Shown: positions 47,601 to 57,800 of the stretch, piece by piece | Position numbering within the stretch: position 1 is the first letter of the stretch | How the letters are laid out: every line of letters begins with the position of its first letter | Source of the DNA: an uncultured Oscillospiraceae bacterium | Lineage (GTDB): Bacteria; Bacillota; Clostridia; Oscillospirales; Oscillospiraceae | Assembly: GCA_902489545.1 (NCBI GenBank) | Contig: CABUAK010000001.1 | Location: forward strand, 31,948-95,947 | Direction of reading: 5' to 3' | DNA: 64,000 bases | Notes under the pieces: generated by a model | What the model was told of the DNA's origin: nothing | Seen by the model: only the letters and a program-made list of their open reading frames with translations | The model's database searches: none | Position numbers and translations under genes: made by a program

Positions 47601-47714
47601 CACAGAGGCAGTATGGGGAATGCCTGCTTGCAAAACGGTTTTCCAGGTTGACCGGAGGCGGGATCTATATTAAAATAGGCCCTGTGAGATTTTAAGAGAG
47701 ACGGGGCAATTGCT

Positions 47715-50192
47715 ATGACACAGGATTTCAATCAGAGATACATAGAAGCCCGCAGGGCAGTTATCGCCCGGCGTTACGCGCGGATGAACCCCCAGCAGCG
47801 CCAGGCGGTGCTGGCCACGGAGGGACCGCTGCTGCTGCTGGCCGGGGCTGGCAGCGGAAAGACCACTGTGCTCATCAACCGGGTGGACAACCTTTTGACC
47901 TTTGGCCGGGGCAGCGACACGGACTATGTGCCCGACTGGGCCACGGAGGCGGATCTGGCCTTTTTGGAGAACTTTCCCCAACGGCCCGCTCCGGAGGACT
48001 GGCGGGAGGCCAGACGCCTGTGTGCCGTGGAGGCGGCGGTGCCCTGGTCGGTGATTGCCATCACCTTCACCAACAAGGCCGCCGGAGAGTTGAAGGAGCG
48101 CCTGGGCCGGATGTGCGGCGCAGCCGCCAACGATATCTGGGCGGCCACCTTTCACAGCGCCTGCGTGCGCATCCTTCGCCGGGATATGGAGCGCCTGGGG
48201 GAGGGATTCACCAACAGCTTTACCATCTATGACAGCGACGACAGCAAGCGGGTCATCAAGGACATCCTCAAGGACATGAGCTTGGATGAGAAGGAGTTCC
48301 AGCCCCGTTCCGTGTTGGCCATCATTTCCAACGCCAAGGACAAGGATCAGTCACCGGACCGCTTTGCCCAGGAGGCGAAGAGTTCCTACGACTGGCGGAT
48401 GCCCCGCATCGCGCAGATCTATGCAGGCTATGTTCGCCGCCTGCGGGAGGCCAACGCCCTGGATTTTGACGACATTATTCTCCACACCGTCCACCTGCTG
48501 CAGAAGGATGAGGAGACCCGCTCCTACTACCAGAGGAAATTCCGCTATGTCCTCATTGATGAGTACCAGGATACCAATCACCTCCAGTACCTACTGGCCA
48601 GGCTGCTGGCGGGGGGGTATGAGAACATCTGTGTGGTGGGGGATGATGACCAGTCCATCTATCGCTTCCGGGGAGCCAACATCGAAAATATTCTGAGTTT
48701 TGAAAGCCAGTATGCCGCCTGCCGCACCATCCGCCTGGAGCAGAACTACCGTTCCACCCAGAATATTCTGGACGCTGCCAACGGCGTTATCCGCAACAAC
48801 GCCGGGCGCAAGGGCAAGACGCTGTGGACGGAGAGTGGGCCGGGGGAGAAGGTGCTGGTTAAGACCGTGTTCAATGAGAGTGACGAGGCTAATTTTGTGG
48901 CGGGAAAGATTATGGAAAGCTATGGCCGGGGGGCCAGCTGGAAGGACAGCGCCATTCTTTACCGGATGAACGCCCAGTCAAACGCCCTGGAAATGGCTCT
49001 CAAGCGCAACGGCGTGCCCTACAAGATCTATGGCGGCATGAAATTCTTCGACCGCTCCGAGGTGAAGGACATGCTCTCCTACCTCTGCCTGATCAACAAC
49101 ACCTTCGACGATCTGCGTCTGCGGCGGGTCATCAATGTTCCGGCCCGCGGTATCGGCGGCGCCACAGTGGAGAAGGTGGCCCAGCTGGCGGAGGAGGAGG
49201 GGACCAGCCTCTACCAGATTCTTCTGCGGGTGGGCGAGTACCCGGTGCTGAAATCCGCCGCCGGGAAACTGGGGAAATTTGTGGAACTGATTGAGGGACT
49301 GCGGGAGTTGGAGGGGACGATGGAACTGGCGGAATTTTACGATGCCGTCTGCCAGCGCACCGGCTATCTTCAGGCGCTGGAGGCGAAGGGCGATATGGAG
49401 AGCCGGGGCCGGGCGGAGAACGTGCAGGAACTGCGTTCCAGTATCATCGGCTTTCTGGACAGTGACCCGGAGAACCGCTCCCTGGCCGGCTTTTTGGATA
49501 CAGTAGCCCTATACACCGACCTGGATGACGGGGATGGGGAAAATACTGTCTCGCTGATGACCATGCACAGCGCCAAGGGCCTGGAGTTTCCCAACGTCTA
49601 TGTGGTGGGCATGGAGGAGGGAATTTTCCCCAGCGGTCGGGCCGCAGGGGAGAGCGAGGAAATGGAGGAGGAGCGGCGGCTGTGCTATGTGGCCATGACC
49701 CGGGCCAGGGAGCATCTCACCATGACCACCGCCCGGCAGCGGATGCTGTATGGCCGCACCAGCAACAATCTGCCCTCCCGCTTTTTGGAGGAAATCCCCT
49801 CGGAAACCCTGGACTGGCAGAGCAGGGCGGAGCCCCGTCCACGGAGAAGCGGCTGGGAGGAGGAGAGCAGCTTTGCCGACGCCTCCTTCAGCGGCCACAC
49901 CTTCGGACAGCAGGCTCAGGCCCGCTCCGCCGCCTCCGCCCCCTCCGCCCCCAGAAGTTACCGTCCCACAAATACCGGCCGGAGCATGGGCTTTACCGCC
50001 CAGGCCGGTTCTGCCGCCCCCCTGCTCCAGCTGCAGAAGGGGGACCGGCTCCGCCACCGTACTTTTGGGGAGGGAATGGTCCTCTCGATCCGGCCCATGG
50101 GTGGAGATGCGCTGATTGAGGTGTCCTTTGAGAAGGTGGGGACCAAGAAGCTGATGCTGCGGGCCGCCGGGGCCCACATTACCAAGCTGTGA
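47715..50192 (+). CDS. pcrA: ATP-dependent DNA helicase PcrA (UvrD/Rep family)
   Basis: Walker A GAGSGKT, helicase motifs I-VI, C-terminal Tudor-like tail. Confidence 0.9.
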   Translation: MTQDFNQRYIEARRAVIARRYARMNPQQRQAVLATEGPLLLLAGAGSGKTTVLINRVDNLLTFGRGSDTDYVPDWATEADLAFLENFPQRPAPEDWREARRLCAVEAAVPWSVIAITFTNKAAGELKERLGRMCGAAANDIWAATFHSACVRILRRDMERLGEGFTNSFTIYDSDDSKRVIKDILKDMSLDEKEFQPRSVLAIISNAKDKDQSPDRFAQEAKSSYDWRMPRIAQIYAGYVRRLREANALDFDDIILHTVHLLQKDEETRSYYQRKFRYVLIDEYQDTNHLQYLLARLLAGGYENICVVGDDDQSIYRFRGANIENILSFESQYAACRTIRLEQNYRSTQNILDAANGVIRNNAGRKGKTLWTESGPGEKVLVKTVFNESDEANFVAGKIMESYGRGASWKDSAILYRMNAQSNALEMALKRNGVPYKIYGGMKFFDRSEVKDMLSYLCLINNTFDDLRLRRVINVPARGIGGATVEKVAQLAEEEGTSLYQILLRVGEYPVLKSAAGKLGKFVELIEGLRELEGTMELAEFYDAVCQRTGYLQALEAKGDMESRGRAENVQELRSSIIGFLDSDPENRSLAGFLDTVALYTDLDDGDGENTVSLMTMHSAKGLEFPNVYVVGMEEGIFPSGRAAGESEEMEEERRLCYVAMTRAREHLTMTTARQRMLYGRTSNNLPSRFLEEIPSETLDWQSRAEPRPRRSGWEEESSFADASFSGHTFGQQAQARSAASAPSAPRSYRPTNTGRSMGFTAQAGSAAPLLQLQKGDRLRHRTFGEGMVLSIRPMGGDALIEVSFEKVGTKKLMLRAAGAHITKL

Positions 50193-50304
50193 CAAAAAAT
50201 TTTGCCCAGCATTTTTTCGTGAAATCTGGGAACAATTTACCTGTACCGCCGTCTAATGAGCAGACCCCGGACAAGCGGGGCAACACCAACCAAAGGAGAA
50301 CACA

Positions 50305-50790
50305 ATGAAACGAGTATTTTCAACCCTGCTGGCTTTGACCATGGTGCTGGCCCTGGCGGCCTGCGGCAAGACGGAACCCACTCCCGCCGAGGCCCCTGAT
50401 CTGAACCAGTACTATGAGGATTTTATGGCCTCCCTGGGTGAGGGGAACGCTCCGGCAATGATGGATCTGGAGGGGGACCTGGTTGCCTCCTACTATCCCG
50501 GCCTGGAGAAGTATGAGACGAAGCAGATGGTGCTGAAGGCCGCCGCCATCACCTCGGTGCCCTTTGAATTTGCTCTGGTGGAGTTGGCGGACGCTGCGGA
50601 CGCACAGGCGGTGGCGGACATTTTCCAGGACCGCATTGACAGCCAGGTCGAGGGCGGTGCCTTCTATCCCGCCTCTGTGGAGGCGTGGGAGAAGGCCCAG
50701 GTACTGACAAACGGCAGCGTGGTGGCTCTGATCTCTGCCGGAGACAGCCAGCAGGACGCTGTGGACGCTTTCAACGCGCTCTTCGCCTGA
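50305..50790 (+). CDS. DUF4358-like lipoprotein
   Basis: Signal peptide with lipobox LAAC; sits upstream of the MBOAT/DHHW pair as seen for DUF4358. Confidence 0.55.
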   Translation: MKRVFSTLLALTMVLALAACGKTEPTPAEAPDLNQYYEDFMASLGEGNAPAMMDLEGDLVASYYPGLEKYETKQMVLKAAAITSVPFEFALVELADAADAQAVADIFQDRIDSQVEGGAFYPASVEAWEKAQVLTNGSVVALISAGDSQQDAVDAFNALFA

Positions 50791-50799
50791 CGCGGAGTA

Positions 50800-50832
50800 A
50801 AAATGCCGTGGCCCATGCCACGGCATTTTTTT
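50800..50832 (+). terminator. Hairpin terminator/attenuator between the lipoprotein and MBOAT genes
   Basis: 12-bp stem aaaatgccgtgg/ccacggcatttt followed by a T8 run. Confidence 0.55.
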
Positions 50833-50865
50833 GCCCGTGGAAACTATGAAAAGGGGGGAGACCCA

Positions 50866-52251
50866 TTGGTCTTTTCCAGTCTACCGTTTTTGTTTTTCTA
50901 TCTTCCGGTGGTTCTGCTCGTCTACTGCCTCACACCGCTGCATCTGCGCAATCTTCTTCTGCTGCTGGTCAGTCTGCTCTTTTACGGCTGGGGAGAGCCT
51001 GTCTATATTCTCATTATGTTCCTCTCCATCGCGGTGGATTATACCCACGGCATCCTGGTGGAGCGCTGGCGGGAGAACGACAGAAAGGCCCGCATGGCGG
51101 TGTTCTCCTCCGTGTTCTTTAATCTGGCCATCCTGGTTTTCTTCAAATACTGGGACTTTATTGCTGTCAATGTAAATGCCTTGACGGGGCTTTCCCTGCC
51201 GGTGCTGGGCATTCCTCTGCCCATTGGCATCAGCTTCTACACCTTTCAGACGATGAGTTATACCATCGACGTCTACCGCCGCGACGCGCCGGTGCAGAAA
51301 AACATAGTGACATTCGGCGCCTTTGTTACACTTTTCCCCCAGCTGATTGCCGGCCCCATTATCCAGTACAAATCCGTGGCCCGGCAGCTGACTCACCGGG
51401 AGGAGACGGTGGAGAAGGCGGCGTCTGGTGTGGAGCGGTTTTGCGTGGGGCTGGCAAAGAAGGTGCTGTTGGCCAATGCCATCGGCCGGCTGTGGGATGC
51501 CTCACTGGCCAGCGAGAGTTTGACGGCGGCGGGGGCCTGGCTGGGCCTTGTGGCCTACGCCTTCCAGATCTACTTCGACTTCTCCGGCTATTCCGACATG
51601 GCCATCGGCCTGGGGCGCATGTTTGGTTTTTCCTTTGTAGAGAACTTCAACTACCCCTATATTTCCCGCTCAGTGGTGGAGTTCTGGAAGCGCTGGCATA
51701 TCTCCCTGACCAACTGGTTTCGGGAATATGTGTACTTTCCCCTGGGGGGAAATCGGGTGTCCCGGCTGAAATGGGTCCGCAACATCCTGGTGGTGTGGCT
51801 TTTGACCGGCATCTGGCATGGGGCTGGGTGGAATTTTCTGCTGTGGGGGCTGTACTATGCCCTGTGGATGCTGGCGGAACGGCTCTTTTTGGGCAGGTGG
51901 CTGGAGAAGCTGCCGGATATTTTCCGACATATATACGCCATGGCGGTGGTGCTGGTGGGCTGGGCCCTGTTCGCCGTGGAGGATATGGGGCGTCTGGGCC
52001 GATATCTGGGGGCCTGCTTTGGCGCCGGGCCGCTTATTGACGCCGCCGCGCTGTACCAGCTGCGCACGTATTTGCCCCTGCTGGTGATCCTGGCGCTGGC
52101 CTCGACGCCCCTGGGCCGGTGCCTGTGGAGCCGGCTGGGGGAACGGGCAAGGGGTGTGCTCACCCCGGTTCTGGTGCTGGCGTGCCTAGTGCTCTGTACT
52201 GCCTCCCTGGTGGATGCCAGCTATAACCCATTTCTGTATTTCCGTTTTTAA
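50866..52251 (+). CDS. MBOAT family O-acyltransferase (DltB/AlgI-like)
   Basis: TTG start after GGGGGAG gives a MVFSSLPFLFFYLPVV family-typical N-terminus; conserved His region (WHISLTNWFREYVYFPLGG...GIWHG). Confidence 0.85.
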   Translation: MVFSSLPFLFFYLPVVLLVYCLTPLHLRNLLLLLVSLLFYGWGEPVYILIMFLSIAVDYTHGILVERWRENDRKARMAVFSSVFFNLAILVFFKYWDFIAVNVNALTGLSLPVLGIPLPIGISFYTFQTMSYTIDVYRRDAPVQKNIVTFGAFVTLFPQLIAGPIIQYKSVARQLTHREETVEKAASGVERFCVGLAKKVLLANAIGRLWDASLASESLTAAGAWLGLVAYAFQIYFDFSGYSDMAIGLGRMFGFSFVENFNYPYISRSVVEFWKRWHISLTNWFREYVYFPLGGNRVSRLKWVRNILVVWLLTGIWHGAGWNFLLWGLYYALWMLAERLFLGRWLEKLPDIFRHIYAMAVVLVGWALFAVEDMGRLGRYLGACFGAGPLIDAAALYQLRTYLPLLVILALASTPLGRCLWSRLGERARGVLTPVLVLACLVLCTASLVDASYNPFLYFRF

Positions 52252-52262
52252 GGAGGGCTTGT

Positions 52263-53360
52263 ATGAAACGAACCGCACAATATGTGACAACGGGCCTTTT
52301 CTTCCTCTTTCTGCTTGGCTTTGGCCTGATTCACCTGCTGCTGCCGGACCGCAGCTTTTCCCCGGTGGAGAACCGGAACCTGAGCCAGCTGCCCTCTTTC
52401 TCCTGGGCGGCGCTGGCGGATGGCAGTTATACCGCCGATCTGGAGACCTATCTGGCGGATCAGTTTCCCGGGCGTGACAGCTGGATGGGCCTTCAGGCCC
52501 GCTGGCAGTGGCTTTTGGGCCGCCGGGAGTTTAACGGCGTCTTTCTCTGCGGGGACACCCTGATCTCCCAGGTAACGGACAACAGCCTGGGGGAGCGGAA
52601 CCTGGGGTATATCGCCAGCCTGGCCCAGCGGACAGATATCCCGGTCTGTCTGGGCCTGATTCCCACGGCGGCGGAGATCTGGAGGGAGAAGCTGCCGGAG
52701 GGAGCCTGGTCCTATGACCAGTTGGCCTTTCTGGAGCGTGCCAGGGATCTGGATGTCACCTGGGTAGACATGGCCGCCGCCCTGGGGGCCCATCGGGAGG
52801 AACCGATTTACTACCGCACGGATCACCACTGGACCAGCCTTGGGGCGTACTACGGCTACACCGCACTGATGGAGGCCCTGGGGGAGAGGCCCAAGGCTCT
52901 GGGGGATGGGGAGACCATGTCGGAGAACTTCAACGGCACCCTCTACTCCACCTCCGGTGTCCATTGGCTGGCGCCGGACACGATCCAGCGCTATGTTACC
53001 GGGGAGGGCGTCACCGTGGAGGATGTCTATGCCGGAGCGACCCATGGCCTCTATGTGGACAGCTTCCTGGAGGAGAAGGACCAGTACGCCTTCTTCTTGG
53101 GCGGCAACGGGCCGCTGTATATCGTTCGGAATCCCGGCGCCGCCCTGGACCGGAAGCTGCTGGTGGTACGGGACAGCTACAGCGACAGCCTCGCCCCCTT
53201 TCTCAGCCAGTCCTTCAGCGAGGTCCATCTGCTGGACCTGCGTTACTACCGCACCTCTGTGGCCCGGTACGCCCAAGAGCAGGGAATTGACCAGATTTTC
53301 ATCTGCTACAGCGTGGAAAATTTCCTGCGGGACGCCGACGCCGTATTTCTGGGACAGTGA
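52263..53360 (+). CDS. DHHW family protein (AlgX/AlgJ/DltD-like SGNH-fold partner of MBOAT)
   Basis: N-terminal TM helix; eponymous RTDHHWT motif; RBS TAAGGAGGG. Confidence 0.8.
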   Translation: MKRTAQYVTTGLFFLFLLGFGLIHLLLPDRSFSPVENRNLSQLPSFSWAALADGSYTADLETYLADQFPGRDSWMGLQARWQWLLGRREFNGVFLCGDTLISQVTDNSLGERNLGYIASLAQRTDIPVCLGLIPTAAEIWREKLPEGAWSYDQLAFLERARDLDVTWVDMAAALGAHREEPIYYRTDHHWTSLGAYYGYTALMEALGERPKALGDGETMSENFNGTLYSTSGVHWLAPDTIQRYVTGEGVTVEDVYAGATHGLYVDSFLEEKDQYAFFLGGNGPLYIVRNPGAALDRKLLVVRDSYSDSLAPFLSQSFSEVHLLDLRYYRTSVARYAQEQGIDQIFICYSVENFLRDADAVFLGQ

Positions 53361-53407
53361 GGTTCCTCCGGTCCGCTGGCGCCTCCGGTCCGCTGGGAAG
53401 GATTGGA

Positions 53408-53437
53408 TTGACAGGGCGGAAAAACGCGTGATAGAAT
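53408..53437 (+). promoter_or_regulatory. Sigma-A-like promoter for the ArsR-like regulator gene
   Basis: TTGACA, 18-nt spacer, TAGAAT; preceded by a tandem 18-bp repeat cctccggtccgctgg(c/g). Confidence 0.45.
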
Positions 53438-53528
53438 GGACGTACCCTGCGCCCCGGGGCGCTCCTGGCCGCGGGGAACACGATAGAAGGCCTGCCCGCC
53501 TCTGGGCGGGTGTGGGGCGGAGGCGCGT

Positions 53529-54650
53529 ATGGGGTATTTGGTACTGCGGGAGCCGGTGGTTCTCTATGAGACCATCGAGGCTGTCTATCAGCACGTCAAC
53601 GGAATATCGCTGGAAAAGCGAAAAAATGATCTGCTGCGGAAGTATGGACAGCGGCTTACCCCGGCGGAGCGGGAGCGAATGGAGGATATCTGCGGTGCTC
53701 TTCTGCCCATTGAGGAACTCTGTGAAAGCCTGCCGGAGGACCCCGCGCTGCTCTACTACTTCCAAAAGTGGGAGACGGAGAGCAACTGGCAGAACATCTG
53801 TCTGGCCAAGCTGATGGTGTTCAGCTTTCTGGACATCCGGGTAGGCTCCTTTCAGGCATCCCTGGAGCAGACCCTCCACGACGCGCAGGAGCGGCTCTCC
53901 CGGCCCTATATCCTCACGGAGATCAACAGCGGCGGCATGAGTTTTCGTTCCCCTGAGCCGGGGGAGACGCCGCCGGACCTGGTCAGTCAGCTGGATCAGC
54001 TGGCCATCGGGGAGCAGTACTGCTGGAAGCTGTACAAGATGCTCTGGGACTACCCCCAGGCCATGGCCGAACTGCGGCAGCTGCTGGAGCCGCTGGCGGG
54101 ACGGGTGGAACAGGTGCTGCGGGACGTAATGCCGTTGGCCCGGGCCGCCTACGACGGGTGGGAGCAGTATTTTGCCCGGCACACCTTTTCCGACCTTCTG
54201 GAGCACGTTACCAACCAGACCGTCCAGGAGGATGGGATGGATGTGTACATCAATTTAAACCTGATGGCGCCCGGAGATATTGTTTTTACCTACGATATCC
54301 AGGGGGAAACTCCGTTTCGCCAGGTGTACATCGGCGCCCTGCTCAGTCAGAATTTTCAGATGAACCGGCTGCAGGCCACGGAGGAGGAGGTATGCAGCCT
54401 GCTGCGGGTGATCAGCGACCGCAGCAAGTTTGAGATTCTGCGCCGCATTTCCCACAACAGCACCTACTGCCAGGAACTGTCCCGGGAGATGAATCTGACC
54501 ACGGCCACCATCTCACGGCACATGGGCCTGCTGCTGGACGCGGGCTTGGTGCGGGCCCGGCGGAAGGATAACCGGATCTACTACGATCTGGAGCGGGATA
54601 CACTGACAGGCCTCTGTGAGATGATTACGAAAATTTTGCTGGAACCCTAG
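53529..54650 (+). CDS. Transcriptional regulator with a C-terminal ArsR/SmtB-type winged HTH and a large N-terminal domain of unknown function
   Basis: C-terminus FEILRRISHNSTYCQELSREMNLTTATISRHMGLLLDAGLVRARRKDNRIYYDL matches ArsR-family HTH; about 280 N-terminal aa with no recognisable motif. Confidence 0.55.
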   Translation: MGYLVLREPVVLYETIEAVYQHVNGISLEKRKNDLLRKYGQRLTPAERERMEDICGALLPIEELCESLPEDPALLYYFQKWETESNWQNICLAKLMVFSFLDIRVGSFQASLEQTLHDAQERLSRPYILTEINSGGMSFRSPEPGETPPDLVSQLDQLAIGEQYCWKLYKMLWDYPQAMAELRQLLEPLAGRVEQVLRDVMPLARAAYDGWEQYFARHTFSDLLEHVTNQTVQEDGMDVYINLNLMAPGDIVFTYDIQGETPFRQVYIGALLSQNFQMNRLQATEEEVCSLLRVISDRSKFEILRRISHNSTYCQELSREMNLTTATISRHMGLLLDAGLVRARRKDNRIYYDLERDTLTGLCEMITKILLEP

Positions 54651-54675
54651 TCCGGCCTTCTTCTGCCGGCTTGCG

Positions 54676-54710
54676 TGGGGAGCGGTAAAGACCGCTTCCC
54701 ACTCTTTTTT
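54676..54710 (+). terminator. Rho-independent terminator after the regulator gene
   Basis: gggagcggt/accgct(t)ccc stem followed by a T7 run. Confidence 0.5.
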
Positions 54711-54880
54711 TGCCTAAATTGGAAAAGAATGGCTTGACAGCGGTGGCTGGAGCCAGTATACTTCATGTATATCTTATATCATGTTACGCTTATAAGAAGC
54801 ATACGGGATGTGACAGGGTATAGGGGCCGAATATGGCCGGCTGGATACCGGCAATTTCACAAAGGAAAGGGAGAAACAAC

Positions 54881-57800
54881 ATGAAAAAGCATCTGGGAAT
54901 TCGGCTGTTGTCGATCGCCCTGGTGACGGTTCTGCTGTGCGGCTACACAGCGCCCCTGGCCTCCGCCAGTTCCGGCGGGGACAGCGTGGACCTGCGCTTT
55001 ACGCCGCTGGAGGAGAACGACCAGGAGTCCTCCGTAATGGCGGAGGCGGTGGCGGAAGAAATCGAGGAGACACCGGATTACGCGGATACGGATATGGTCC
55101 GTGTCTCCATTGTACTGGACGGCCAGTCCACCCTGGAGGCGGGGTATCCCGCCCAGGACATTGCGGAGAACCGCTCCGCCATGACCTTCCGGGCGAAGGT
55201 GCGCAGCCGCCAGGAGACCGTCATCAGCCATATCTCCCAGGAGGCCCTGGGCGGTAAGGAACTGGATGTGGTCTGGAATATTACGCTGGCGGCCAACATC
55301 ATTTCCGCCAATGTCCCCTTTGGGGCCCTGGAGGATATCTCCGCGGTGGACGGCGTGAGCAGCGTGGTCCTGGAGCGGCGCTACGAGCCCTGCGTGGTGG
55401 ACCGGGAGGAGGCGGACGACCCCCACATGGCCACCTCCACCGGAATGACCGGGGCCAACGCCGCCTGGGCTGCGGGCTACACCGGCGCCGGCTCCCGGAT
55501 TGCCGTCATCGATACCGGTACGGACACGGACCACCAGTCCTTCTCCGACGAGGGCTTTGCCTACGCCCTGGCGCAGCAGGCCCAGACGGAGGGCAAGGAA
55601 CTGGACGCCTATCTGGAGGAACTGGACCTGCTGGACGTGGAGGAGATTGCGGACAAGCTGAGCCAGCTGAACATTGCCGCCACCATGGACGGCAAGAACT
55701 TTGAGGTCAGCAGACTGTATCTCACCTCCAAGCTGCCCTTTGCCTTCAACTATGTGGACAAGAGTCTGGACGTGGCCCACGACAACGACAGTGCCGGAGA
55801 GCACGGCTCCCACGTGGCCGGCATTGCCCTTGCCAACCGCTACATCCCCAGCGGCAACGGGACCTTCCAGAATGCGCTGGAGTCCGTCAAGACCCAGGGG
55901 GCCGCGCCGGATGCCCAGCTGATTACCATGAAGGTGTTCGGCAAAATGGGCGGCGCCTATGAGTCTGACTACATGGTGGCCATTGAGGACGCCATCATTC
56001 TCGGCTGCGATGCCGTAAACCTGTCCCTGGGGTCCGGCTCTCCCGGATGGAGCCGCAACGGGGACGACGTCTATCAGGCCATTTTGGAGGGCTTGGCTGA
56101 CAGCGGCATCGTGGCCACCATGTCCGCCGGCAACTCCGGCACCTGGATGGAAAACAGCTACAGCCCCACGGGGTACCTCTATGCCGACGATGTAAGCATG
56201 ACGACCACCGGCACCCCGGGCACCTCCGCCAATTCCCTCTCTGTGGCGTCCGTGGATAACGCCGGCTACACCGGCATGTACATCAAGTCCGGAGAGAGCA
56301 TCATCTTTTATACGGAGTCCGCCTCCTACTCCAATGAGCCGATACATACCCTGGTGGGGGAGCGGGACTACGTCCTCATCGATGGGTACGGCACAGAGGA
56401 GGACTTCGCGGCGCTGGGCGATGCCCTGAGGGGTAAGATCGCCATCTGCTCCCGGGGCGGCAGCGTATCCTTCTATGTGAAGGCCAACAACGCCGTGAAG
56501 GCGGGCGCGATCGGCGTTATCGTCTATAATAACACCACAGGCACCATCAACATGGACCTGTCCGACTACGAGTATACCGCGCCCTGTGTCTCCATCACCC
56601 AGGCGGACGGCGCGCTGCTGAAAGCCAACGCCACAGCGGTGAATGGCCACTATGAGGGGACCTTTACCATCAGCGATGAGATCGCCAGCGTGGCCTATGA
56701 GCAGGCGCACTATACAATGAGCGACTTCTCCTCCTGGGGTGTGCCCGGCTCTCTGACGATCAAGCCGGAGATCACCGCCCCCGGCGGCAGCATCTACTCC
56801 ATCAACGGCGCCGCCTCCGGCGGTCAGGCCTATGAAACCATGTCCGGCACCTCCATGGCCGCCCCCCAGGTGGCAGGTATGGTGGCGCTGGCCGCGGAGT
56901 ACATTCGGGAGACCGGGCTGGAGGCACGGACAGGCCTGACCAGCCGTCAGCTGATCCAGAGCCTGCTCATGTCCACCTCCGTTCCCCTGATTGAGGAGGC
57001 CAGCGGCAGCTACTGGTCCCTACTGAAGCAGGGCTCCGGACTTGCCAATATCAGCGCCCTTCTGTCCGCCGACTCCTTTATTACCATGGGCGCGGACGCC
57101 ACAGACTCTTACGCTGATGGCAAGGTGAAGGCCGAACTGGGGGATGACCCGGGCCGCACCGGTGCCTATCGCTTTACCTTTGCGCTCCACAACATGGAGG
57201 AGACGGCCCAGCGCTATGTGTTCTCCTCTGACTTCTTCACCCAGGATCTGTTCACTCAGGATGGCATCTCCTACCTGGACACGGCCACCACCGCCCTGGG
57301 CGCCAGTGTGCGCTACACGGTGGATGGAGTGACTTACGTGCCCTCCGCCGCCCGGGTAATCTGTGATCTGGATGGAGATGGGGACACGGACGCCGACGAC
57401 GCCCAGTTCATCCTGGAGAGCGTGGTGGACCCCTCCGTCTCCGTGGCACCCGAGGGGGATGTGGATGGCGACGGGGCGGTGACGACCTATGACGCCTATC
57501 TGATTTTGCGGGACCTGGAAACCGGCTCCGTTCTGGTAGAGGCCGGCGAGAGCGTGGAGGTGGCGGTGGAGATTGTTCTCCCCAAGGCTGTGAAGGCACA
57601 GCTGGACGCCGCCTACCCCAGTGGGGCCTATGTGGAGGGCTATGTGTTTGCAGCCCCTGTGTCTACGGATGAGGGTACGGTGGCCGCTACCCACTCCATC
57701 CCGGTGCTGGGCTTCTACGGCAGCTGGACGGATGCCTCCATGTATGACCGGATTACGTATACCGACTACCTGTATGGGGATACCACTGCCTCCTACCTGG

